A stretch of 64,000 nt of DNA from Octopus vulgaris. Its lineage: Eukaryota. The stretch's first letter is position 1. Every line of letters begins with the position of its first letter. Position numbers and translations under genes: made by a program. Below are positions 53,340-64,000 of the stretch, piece by piece. The stretch is taken from positions 46,748,001 through 46,812,000 of the forward strand of contig OX597831.1 of NCBI GenBank assembly GCA_951406725.2. Direction: 5' to 3'. The notes under the pieces were generated by a model, which worked only from the letters and a program-made list of their open reading frames with translations, had not been told where the DNA came from and searched no databases.

Positions 53340-54560
53340 GTTTATTCACATTAATCCGTGTAGGTAATTTGACATTATTTGCTCTTACCTTAGGCTTGAC
53401 AACAAAATTCACCTTGGCACGCAAAAGCCTATGATCAGTCCAGCACTCTGCACCATGCATCACTCGTACAATAGCTAAGTCCTTAGTATCTTGTTTCCTG
53501 GTGAGGATGTAATCTATAAGATGCCATTTCTCAGAACAAAGGTGCATCCATGTCGTTTTATACTTATTCTTTAGTCGAAACATTGTATTCATGACACACA
53601 AATCCATTTCTACGCACGTTTGTAACAGTAGCAAACCATTACTGTTGGAACTCCCAACCCCATGCTTTCCTAGGACACCCCCAAGTCTCCCAATCTGCAC
53701 CAACACGAGCATTAAAATCACCCAAAAGGACAACTTTTTCATCAAGGGAGATATTGCATATAATCTCTGTAAGGGATAGATAGAATGCAAACGCTATTGT
53801 TAGATCAATGAAAACCAGGTATAAGTCCACATCCTGTTCGATGCACTTCTCTTGCAACTGTCTAGCCGAAAATATCATATCCATAGTACTCCTACTATCC
53901 CTAAACCCACATTGCGATTCAGATAGAACCTCATCAGCAATGTGCAGAAGCAATCTATCCAGCATTACCCTAGAGTTGACCTTTCCAGCAACAGCTAACA
54001 GACAGAAGCCGCGATAATTATCACAGACATCCTTTCCACCTTTAGATTTATATAGTTGCATCTCCATAGTTGCATCACGCCAATCCAGAGTAACCTCTTC
54101 ACTTTGCCAAATCCTCTGAATCACATCCGTCAACATTACACAAAGATGATCCCCACCATATTTATATATCTCTGCACCTAGTCCATCCATATCAGGGGCC
54201 TTTCGATTGTTCAATTTCCTGATTGCTGCTTTTATTTCAGCCAGGTTTGGTGTTTCTGCTATAAGATGTTTTATTGGTCTCTCGGGTATATTATCAAGAA
54301 AAGAGAGATCCTCAGTGGATCTATTGAGCAACTCTCCATCTCCCAACAATATCTTAAGGATTTGTTAATAATTCTGTGCCATCCTTGCTCTGAAGTGGCG
54401 CAACCTTTGATGAAACTGGTCCATAAACTTTTTTCAAGAGGGAGTAAAACGTTTGGAATTGTTAGCATTTGAAGCTTCTTGGATTTCATCGCATCTATCA
54501 CTCCACAAATTTTCCTGCATCATCCATAGCTTCCTCTGCACTGTTGCTTTTACTCACTAT
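53340..54560 (-). mobile_element. RTE-clade LINE remnant, with the RT N-terminal part placed upstream of the AP-endonuclease C-terminal part
   Basis: RT motifs KAPDMDG, NYRGFCLL..AGKV, ESQCGFR..RSTMDMIF..RQLQEKC.EQ..LY.VFIDL..AF; EN motifs LLGDFNARVG, NSNGLLLL..C, KTTWMH....WHLIDY, CWTDH. Confidence 0.9.
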
Positions 54561-54756
54561 GTTGTCGTAAAAGACAACATGGTGAATCAGGCAAATTAAA
54601 GCTACCCTACTACTAAAATGTAAACTTTTTTTAACTTATAATATTCTGTATGTATATCTATACAGATACAATGCCAATATTCCACTGAACTTTTTAATAA
54701 TTCCTTCTGGAAACTATCTTTAACATTTTCTTGAGAATGTATATATATATTGTAAT

Positions 54757-55066
54757 CTTTTGTGCTCAATATTTTAATGAACTTGTTAAACTTTTTTTAT
54801 ATTTTCCCAAGATTTTCCCTTGTAAGCTGTTCTCAACATGTTCTTATTATCAAGGAATGTATATGTATATTGTAATATTTTGTGACAACCAGTACCTGGC
54901 ACAACCAAGCTTTTGTGCCCAATATTTTGATGAACTTGTTAAACTTTTTTATATTTTCCCAAGATTTTCCCTTGTAAACTGTTCTTAACATGTTCTTGTT
55001 ATCAAAGAATGTATATGTATATTGTAGTATTTTGTGACAACCAATACCTAACACAACCAAGCTTTT
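54757..55066. repeat. Tandem duplication of a ~153-bp unit
   Basis: CTTTTGTGC.CAATATTTT.ATGAACTTGTTAAAC...CACAACCAAG starts at 54757 and again at 54910. Confidence 0.88.
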
Positions 55067-55071
55067 ACATG

Positions 55072-55116
55072 TTACTTTTGACAATCTTTTTCTAAAAAGT
55101 GAAACCGGTCAAGTAA
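55072..55116 (+). ncRNA. Decayed hammerhead motif
   Basis: TTACTT-TTGACAA-T-CTTTT..AAAAG-T-GAAAC-CG-GTC-AAGTAA: perfect 6-bp stem I, palindromic ACCGGT and GUC. The core differs from CTGACGA at two positions. A related 3' half is at about 27808-27880. Confidence 0.5.
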
Positions 55117-55879
55117 ATAAACATCTTTTAAAATTGCATTTTCAAACCTTCTTTTATATATAATTCCACTTGTGCGGTACCTTAAAACTCCACTTTGTTT
55201 TATATATATATATATATATATACATATATATCAATGAATACAAAAAAGGGACAAGAACGCAACAGGCGACAACAAAACATCCAGACAATTAGATGATACA
55301 AAAAGGACAAGAAAAAACAAGGATGGGTCATTCGGAGTTTTCTTTCCTCAGTCGAGTTCCAGATCATATTTGCAGTTTCGGCTGGTTATATTCAATACTG
55401 CTCCAATCTGGCCAGCCCCAAGGAAAATCTAAGCTGAGAGTACTAGATTCTTTGGAAGAAAGCAGCGAATGTAGACGAAAGCAAAGACGGTACACAAATA
55501 CAATTGCAAACAACAGGACATTAACAACAGGTGTCTTTCGACTAAGGACGAATTAAATTAAGCTGGTATGTGTGGAAGTGAAATCTTACGACAGGGACAT
55601 AAGAGATGGCAGACATGGGAAGGAATATACATGTTGCACGAATGGTAGTCGAACCAAGAAAGAAAGATCAGGCTTGGCAGAATACCGGCCACATGGAAGG
55701 AGAGGAGAGAGGTAGAGGCAGAGGGATGGAAGAATTAGAGAGGGACGAGAAAGAAAGAAAAAGAAAAGGGACAGAGTGAAGTGAAAGAGGAGGAAAAGTG
55801 AGACTGAATGGAAGGCCAAGAAATGTGAGAGAGGGGGAGCGGGGCTGAAAGAATGAAAGAATTAGAGAATCGTACAAAA

Positions 55880-55922
<43 letters not shown>

Positions 55923-55993
55923 AATGTTGCGTCTTGTCCCATTTTTGTATTCATTTTCATATACATTAGCGGCGTACGTACACTTTGGTCTCC

Positions 55994-56050
<57 letters not shown>

Positions 56051-56892
56051 AAACATGTGTATGTATGTATGCTGTGATAGGAAGCAGATTTGGTGAATTT
56101 TAAATAGAGAGAAATAGCACGCAGATCTTAAAGCTAATTATTTTGTGAAAGTAAAAAACAAAAACAAAAAAAAAACCATAGTCTTTAATCAAGTTATTCT
56201 CAACGGTTAGAAAGATACTTTACTGAACATAAAAAAAAAACAGCTTATTCTGAATGTGTAAGAATAAGTCATTTTATGTGTATGGAAATAAGCTGTTTTG
56301 TATGTATAGAAATAAACTACTTTGCATGGGTAGAATTAAGTTTATTGTATATACGTAGAAAATAGGCTATTCTGAATATGTATGAATCAGCTATTCTGAA
56401 TATTTAGGAACAAGCTATTCTGAATGTGTGAAAATAATACATGCAGTACACTTGTAATAAGGTTTTTTCGAACTACAGTAATTAAAACATTGGATTTAAT
56501 AATACAGTATGTAATAACCAAACTAGCAATACGAAATAACGCAGAACTACTATTCTCAATATGCTTGCTCCTTTACAGATATTTAGGGCAGTTTTAGACC
56601 GCATTCAAAACAAGTGCATTAAACTTATTGGTAAATATTCCTACAAGCACATCACAACCTTTAGCTTACAGATATGCAGCTCCTCTTTCTTCCTCTCTCC
56701 CTTCATCTCCTCTCTTGTATAGTTACAACAGTTGTTTCTGCCACTCTAAACTAGATTCAGACATTCATCTATACATATCAACCACGCGTTTTGCAACTAA
56801 CACTCAAATAAAATTAGTTATATGCACGAATAAACAGTCGAAGAGGCTAGTTGCCTAAAATCGTGTAGTTTTAATAATTATACTCATACATT

Positions 56893-57270
56893 AGGCGTAG
56901 GAATGGCTGTGTGGTAAGTAGCTTGCTTACCAGCCACATGGTTCCGGGTTCAGTCCCACTGCGTGACACCTTTGGCAGGTGTCTTCTACTATTACCTCGG
57001 GCCGACCAAAGTCTTGCGAGTGGATTTGGTAGACGGAAAATGAAAGAAGCTCGTCGTATATATGCATATATGTGTGTCTGTGTTTGTCCCCCCAACATCG
57101 CTTGACAACTGATGCTGGTGTGTATACGTCCCCCTAACTTAGCGGGTCGGCAAAAGAGACCGATAGAATAAGTCCTAGGCTTACAAAGAATAAGTCCTGG
57201 GGTCGATTTGCTCGACTAAAGGCGGTGCTCCATCATGGCCGCAGTCAAAATGACTGAAGCAAGTAACAGA
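56893..57270 (+). mobile_element. SINE family A, full length
   Basis: A box TGGCTGTGTGG, B box GGTTCAGTCCC, conserved body and tail GGCGGTGCTCCA.CATGGCCGCAGTCAAA.TGACTGAA.CAAGTAA. Confidence 0.9.
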
Positions 57271-57449
57271 ATATTTAGTCTGCCCATAATTTTTGTGACA
57301 TGAAAAAGTTGCATAAGATTTTTGCACATATTGACTACTGAAAATTAGGGGAGACATCAATAGAGGAAGAGAAACGTGCCTTAAGAAGTTTGCAATAATC
57401 AACCTAATAACAGAAGTTTATTTTCTTACTGTAGTTCCTATCCATCTAC

Positions 57450-57621
57450 CTTCATAGCGCGTTTTAACACTTTTCTTTTCGTAACTCTTCTTTGTAACTG
57501 GAGATGTCGATCTATAAATGTTAAAGCCGTCCTACAAAGAGAAGAGGCACTTGTTCCTTTCTCGCTAATATTTTAGGGTACTCATTTACACGCACACACT
57601 CACACATATACATACATGTTA

Positions 57622-57676
<55 letters not shown>

Positions 57677-57729
57677 AGTTACAGAGAAGAAGAGTTGGGA
57701 ACAGAAAAGTGTTAAAACGCGCTATGAGG
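57450..57729. repeat. Inverted repeat (~52-bp arms) bracketing a (TA)n tract
   Basis: TCATAGCGCGTTTTAACACTTTTCT...AACTCTTCTT..TGTAACTGGA is mirrored at 57674-57729. Confidence 0.8.
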
Positions 57730-59604
57730 CTCCGGCAAGGGCGGGGGTGAACCCCGCTGTACTCTTTCACCACAACTTTCTCTCATTCTTTCTTCCTACT
57801 TCTGCCAGAAAGCAGAGGAACCATGGTGTAACCCACTATGGTGTAGTAAACTTTCAGACCCTAGTCTAGATTGCGAATCCTCTGTACCCCAGGATGGTTC
57901 AGCTCTCCACCCGTTAAAAGCCACCGTTTACAGAATGAGGATAACACAGTAGCTTTCGCGCCCGTGCAACCGCCAGTCTATCGCGTGTGTTGGGTGGAGT
58001 TGCCACACGCATTCTTAATAGCTTAGAGTAGGCTCGAATTAGAGATTATTCTTTGTGGCTAATGGCGTGAGTCCTGATTGGAAGAAGAAGAAGAAGAAGA
58101 AGAAGAAGAAGAAGAAGAAGAAGAAGAAACAGCAGTAACAGATGATTACTGTGAAAGGTATAAAACTTTACTAAGTTTGGGTAATATTTATTATTTTCAT
58201 GTGCATTAATGATTTTCTTGATATAGTTCTAATACAAATACTGATGGATTGGCCTCTCAAGTACATATATATTGCACGTCCTTTGAGACAGCATGAGTTT
58301 AAAATACTTAAGATGCCGTAACGTCATTGATTTATTTCTATGACTGAAAATTAACGGGAACTAAGGATTTGAAGAACTAGTAAACAAGATAAGCTACAAA
58401 TTTTAGAAAGTAACAATTGGTTGACAGTAGTCAAGTACTTTTAGTTTTACTAAAAAGCAAAATACCTTGTCAAAGAGACATGCTGTTCAAAAGCGCATTT
58501 AACAAACGGTGGTTACTTCTGATTCAGGCAAAAGGCCATAAATTTTGAGGGAAACGGGTTAGTCGATTACATACAACCATTACGAAACGATGAAAAACAA
58601 AATTGATCTCAGTGAGATTCGAACTCAAAACCTAATGTCCCGGAACAAATGCCGCACTGCATCTGCTACTATGTGTAGATTGTATCCAGTTTTCAGGTAA
58701 GCTTTTGCTGCTTTTTTCCTAACTCTAGATGAGTTCTAATCGAGACATCACATCTTTTATTCAAACATGACAGCATTATGAAACAGGTTCTTTTAAGACA
58801 ATAAAGTGAGATTTGAGAAAAGTTTGGCTTTTATTTCTAGCGGGAAGTGTAGGCATTGCAACAACAGGTGTCTATTAGAATTATTTACAGATACTTGCTT
58901 AAGTCGACCACATTCTCCGTACTGAGAAAGAACTAACAACAATACTGTCGTATTAAATATGTTAAGAAAATTGAAACGCAACACAAAATCATTCTGCTGC
59001 TATCTCAGAGTTTCTAAAATATTGATATTTGTAGATGTTATCATTCCAGAAGGAAAAACAAATTAAAATAAGTCCTTGTGAGATTTGATCTCAGAGATAT
59101 GGAATTCTCAAAAACGACAAACAACATGATGTTCTGTTTCCTCTTCGACCTCACCTATAGAAGGTTTTTATCGCTGAAGTCGTTATGGTAACAGAAAAGC
59201 AGATAAAACAGTTCCGTGAGTAATGAATGTAGTCTCTTGCGATATTAAGAAATTCCACAAAACTGTAAACGTTCATTCTTAAGCATTCGTATTCGCAATA
59301 AAAGTGCATCTTACCTTTTCTTTATTTAATCATTATCACGTGAAGAGTCTTTATTTTGCTAGCACCTGGTGCCTAATTAAGGAATATTATTGGATTGACA
59401 AAATGCCGTGCAGCATTTATTCTGGCATTGAATTAAAATTCCACTAAAGTCAACTTTGCATTTCATCCTTTCGAGATCGGTAAAATAAAGTACCAGACAA
59501 TTACTGGGTTTATGTAATCAACCTATCGCTCTCTCTCAAAATAGTTGTTCGTGTGTTTGAATCAGAACTGCTCGCCGTTTGTGGGATGCGCTTTTCTACA
59601 GCTT

Positions 59605-59743
59605 GCCTTTTTAGGTCGAGCAAAAACCATGAAAAGGTGAATGACATCCAGAATGTCGTCAAGCGATCGTAGCCTTTTTAGGTCGAGCAAAACCCATGAA
59701 AAGGTGAATGACATCCAGAATGTCGTCAAGCGATCGTAGCCTT
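59605..59743. repeat. Recent 67-bp tandem duplication
   Basis: Units start at 59605 and 59672 (one mismatch), with GCCTT microhomology again at 59739. Confidence 0.92.
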
Positions 59744-60335
59744 CTACTAGTCGGACTCTGCGGTAGGTAGGATGGTTCATATAAAATTAGTTGTGACAAA
59801 AGCGACGACGTTCTATGGCAAACCTTGTGTATTGATGAAAATTAACTGGCTGGTCGGCTCCGGAAGAATTTCCGGTCAGACCCCATGGATAATTTCAAGA
59901 AAACTTTGGCCTGGCAGTGCTACAGAAGGGTATTACCGGTTCGAGATAACCTGCACAGGCACGGAGGTGCCATCATCAGGGGTCGTCTAAGATGCACGTA
60001 GAGTGGCAAAATTGCTCCGTACGCTCTCGTCCAGTTCTAGAGCATTGCAGATTTGTAGAGTTATGATGTCTGCTATTATTTGTAGAACGCATCCAGCTAT
60101 CAGCTGTGTCCATAGCAAGCGTTTTTCCTCCGATTTTCTTTATGTTGGGTGAGACTGAAAGAACTAAGGAGAGCTATCGTCAACTTTGGCAGCTATCATC
60201 AACTTACTCATGTTTCATTTGAAAATAAAAATGTAGACATCTAGATATTTGTGCAAATGAAACATACAAAATACTTCATTTTTGGAAACTAAAGGAAGAA
60301 AAAGATCAGTTAAGAAAAGTAAAAGTATTCTAAAC

Positions 60336-60477
60336 TATTCAGGCAAAATTTTTATACACCAGAAAGACGCCCATCTTTAAACTAATGGCTGATATGAAAT
60401 TCACTTTATAGCGTCCGCATTCAACGGGTTCCACTGTTCCCGTCTTTCATTTTTGCATTATGACAGGTCTTTAATGT
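60336..60477 (+). repeat. ~140-bp direct repeat; second copy at about 62524-62665
   Basis: TATTCAG.CAAAATTTTTATACACCAGAAAG.CG.CCATCTTTAAACTAATGGCTGATAT...TTGCATTATGACAGGTCTTTAATGT occurs at both loci. Confidence 0.88.
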
Positions 60478-60540
60478 TACATAAAGCAACTACCTCTATA
60501 CGAATTAACTTATAACACATGCATTTAATATGTGGCCCAT

Positions 60541-61080
60541 AACTTAGCAGAATCGTTACCATGCCGGTCCCAATGCTTAGCGGTATTTCGTCTGCCGTTA
60601 CGTTCTGGGTTCAAATTCCGCCGAGGTCGACTTTGCCTTTCATCCTTTCGGGGTCGATTAAATAAGTACCAGTTACACACTGGGGTCGATATAATCGATT
60701 AAATCCGTGTGTCTGTCCTTGTTTGTTCTCTCTGTGTTTAGCCCATTGTGGGTAGTAAAGAAATAGGTATTTCGTCTGCCGTTACGTTCTGAGTTCAAAT
60801 TCCGCCGAGGTCGACTTTGCCTTTCATCCTTTCGGGGTCGATAAATTAAGCACCAGTTACGCACTGGAGTCGATGTAATCGACTTAATCAGTTTGTCTGT
60901 CCTTGTTTGTCCCCTCAGTGTTTAGCCCCTTGTGGGTAGTAAAGAAATAGGTACTTCGTTCGTCTTTACGTTCTAAGTTCAAATTCCGCCGAGGTCGACT
61001 TTGTTTTCATCCTTTCTAAGGGTCTATATAATCGACTAGCCTCCTCCCACTAAATTTCAGCTCCTTCGCCTATAGCAAAA
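60541..61080 (+). mobile_element. Head-to-tail SINE family B trimer with a 184-bp period
   Basis: GGTATTTCGTC... restarts at 60582, 60766 and 60950; the first two units carry the alternative tail and the last carries the other tail. Confidence 0.9.
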
Positions 61081-62060
61081 ATGAAATGATGTGTGGTCTT
61101 GTGACGATGGATCGGTAAAGATTTTGGTCAATCGGCAGAACCGTTTAGTGCTTGACAAAATGAAGTGTAATGTCAATTTATGTTGAAGTTGAAATCTGTA
61201 CGAGATCGAATTTGCCATTTATTCTCCCGGGGTCTTATAAAATAAATGCCATTTAGGTAATAAAGAGGGGATGTGACGTACTGTACTCCTAACCCGATAC
61301 GAGAATCAGGTGCCCTTTATAAAAACTAGCAGTAGTGGCAGCAGCAACAACAACAACAACAGCAGCAACTGCAATAGTAGTAGTAGTAGTTATAGTGGTA
61401 GTAGTACTGAGATGACTTCTTCATGGTGAATAGCTTCTAATTATTTGTGTTCTTGCTCCCTCCCTACCTCCCTCTCTCTCTTTCACTCTCTCTCTCTCTC
61501 ACTCTCACTCATTTACACACGCACACACACATACACACACACATGCGCCTTTATTCTTACTCTCTGTCGGTTTCTTCTCTTGACTCTTTTCCTAACCTTC
61601 TTGACTCTCATATTTTCCTAAGCATTTCTTTAATTCTCTCTATCCACCCCTCCCTCTTTCACTCTGTATCTCATTTTTCTCTCACTTCTCTCTCCCTCTC
61701 ACATGTGCCTTTTCTCTCTTAATATCTGTTGGTTTCTTGCCCTGTGTTCCTCTCTCCAGCCTCCTTGTCTCATTTCTTCTTCAGCATTTCTCTATTGCTC
61801 CCTCTTCTTCTTCTCCTCCTCCTCCTTGTTGTTGTTGTTGTAGCTGTTGTTGTTGTTGTTGTTCTTCTTCTTCTTCTTCTTCTTCCTTTTCTTCTTCTTC
61901 TTCTTCTTCTTCTTCTTCTTCTTCTTCTTCTTCTTCTTCTTCTTCTTCTTCTACTTCTTTTTCTTCTCCTCTCTCCCGCAAATACTCTTCTCTCGTTTTA
62001 CCTTACTACCACTTCGTTGTATTTCGTTTTCTCTCTCGTTTGTCATTGTCTCCTATCTCC

Positions 62061-62144
<84 letters not shown>

Positions 62145-62151
62145 CATACAC

Positions 62152-62232
<81 letters not shown>

Positions 62233-62260
62233 GTATATATATATATACGTATATATATAT

Positions 62261-62336
<76 letters not shown>

Positions 62337-62942
62337 TGTCTATTTACTCTATCTTTCTATATACCTACTTCCAAATTACGAAATACAAGAAATGCCAAAA
62401 GTAAAGAATTGAATATCGCAAAGTGTATTCTTCATCAGATGCAACTGTCATCCGGTACATATGCCACGGCACATGCCAGTACACGCCTTTCAAATTAAGG
62501 TTTCTCAGAGAAAACTCTCCATCTATTCAGACAAAATTTTTATACACCAGAAAGTCGTCCATCTTTAAACTAATGGCTGATATAAAAGTCACTTTATAGC
62601 GTCCGCATTGAACGCGTTCCATTGTTTCCGTCTTTCATTTTTGCATTATGACAGGTCTTTAATGTCAGCTAGTCGATCATTACAACGATACCACCCAACA
62701 CACGGTTATTGTTTGTGTTGTTCTTATTGTCATTGCTGTGTTTTTTATTGATGTAGTGGTGGTGGCGGTGGCGGTGGAGGTAGTGGTGCTGCTGTTGTGA
62801 TATGTAATAAATGTTGTGGCTTCTGTTGATCTTTTAAACTCCAGCGTGTTGCCGTTACAGCTGAAAATCTTGCTGGTACCATAGCTGTTATCTTACGTAA
62901 TGCTACTATCTACACATTGTATTAACTGCCTTCCGCCCATTT

Positions 62943-62984
<42 letters not shown>

Positions 62985-63029
62985 TTACAGACACGTGTAT
63001 ATGACAGGTCGTAATCCTTTGTACTATAG

Positions 63030-63248
63030 GTAGAAGACCTGAAATTGGGGGTATGTTGTGGAGTGGGGGGGTGGGTGTCATCGAATATGTCGGTTCTAGT
63101 GTTAAATTAGGGTTTCTCTTCTAATCGGCCCCAAATGGATGAGAGGAAAAGTCGATTTAGGTGGAATTTGAACTCAGAACATAAAGACGGACGAAATACC
63201 GCTAAGCATTTACCCGGCGTGCTTAACGATTCTGCCAGCACGCCATCT
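63030..63248 (-). mobile_element. SINE family B copy
   Basis: GGAATTTGAACTCAGAAC.TAAAGACGGACGAAATACCGCTAAGCATTT.CCCGGCGTGCT.AACGATTCTGCCAGC. Confidence 0.82.
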
Positions 63249-63285
63249 TGGCATACGTAGTAATACACAAACGTATGTCATATGC

Positions 63286-63347
<62 letters not shown>

Positions 63348-63360
63348 GCATGTATGCATG

Positions 63361-63444
<84 letters not shown>

Positions 63445-63544
63445 GAGAGTGAGAGAGAGAGGCTAACACGTCAACATGTATATAATGTGTGTGTATTTGT
63501 ATGTGTGTAAATGTATGTGTGTGTGCGCGCAGGTGCGTATGTAC

Positions 63545-63586
<42 letters not shown>

Positions 63587-63815
63587 TCTGACCCAAGGTC
63601 ACGAGATTGCGAAATAAAGTTCGTTGCTATATGACTAATGAATTAGCGACTACTACCTTTAATATACAATATTTTTAACATTTTAGATTTTATAATGATA
63701 AACCCACTATCCAGCGCTACTTGAACGATTTATCTGTTGCTTATTAAGTGATGTAGTCATCTATTTTAGATAAGAGTCGTCATGTGATATGTGTGTGTAT
63801 GGAAGTATATATGCG

Positions 63816-63855
<40 letters not shown>

Positions 63856-63862
63856 TCGCCAT

Positions 63863-64000
63863 GATAGATCGTTAGCCACTACACACATTTTTTTCTCTCC
63901 TTGTTTTTTTCTGTGTACCTTTCTGTAGAAGAGCGTAGGCCCGAAACGTAAAATACTTTTTCTATTCCTGAGCGTTATACTAATACATCTGTTTGTTTTG
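63863..64000 (+). mobile_element. Hammerhead-bearing element after (TA)n, running off the window end; hammerhead at 63919-63954
   Basis: CTTT-CTGTAGA-A-GAGC-GTAG-GCCC-GAAAC-GTA-AAAT; the flanks align with the reverse complement of 49940-50073. Confidence 0.72.

Noticed and set aside
55235-55870. Further hammerhead-like traces on the minus strand (CTGAGGA...GAAT; CCAGCC-GAAAC)
   Set aside because: The core boxes are incomplete; probably a PLE-derived repeat, but not supportable as a ribozyme.
59950-59982. Minus-strand CTGATGA followed by hairpin GGCAC-CTCC-GTGCC
   Set aside because: No GAAA box after the hairpin, so not called a hammerhead. The isolated CTGATGA at about 3236 and 16706-16712 fail the same way.

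Overview
Eukaryotic, AT-rich, extremely microsatellite-dense genomic DNA. The repeat content looks like an octopus/coleoid cephalopod genome; this is an inference, not a database result. Only one host protein-coding gene is well supported: an intronless FAM43-like PTB/PID-domain gene on the minus strand (28432-30045). The rest is mobile and repeated DNA: at least three tRNA-derived SINE families, R4/Dong-clade LINE fragments sitting in (TAA)n tracts, RTE and other LINE remnants, a Penelope-type GIY-YIG endonuclease remnant, mariner/pogo/hAT MITEs and remnants, minisatellites and many fold-back palindromes. The most interesting signal is a dispersed set of minimal type I hammerhead-ribozyme motifs (about 6 near-intact, several decayed) in short non-coding elements lodged in (TA)n microsatellites. 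They show compensatory stem changes and a recurrent non-canonical CUGUNGA core, and they are repeatedly associated with fold-back structures. Almost all ORFs in the supplied track are microsatellite artefacts.
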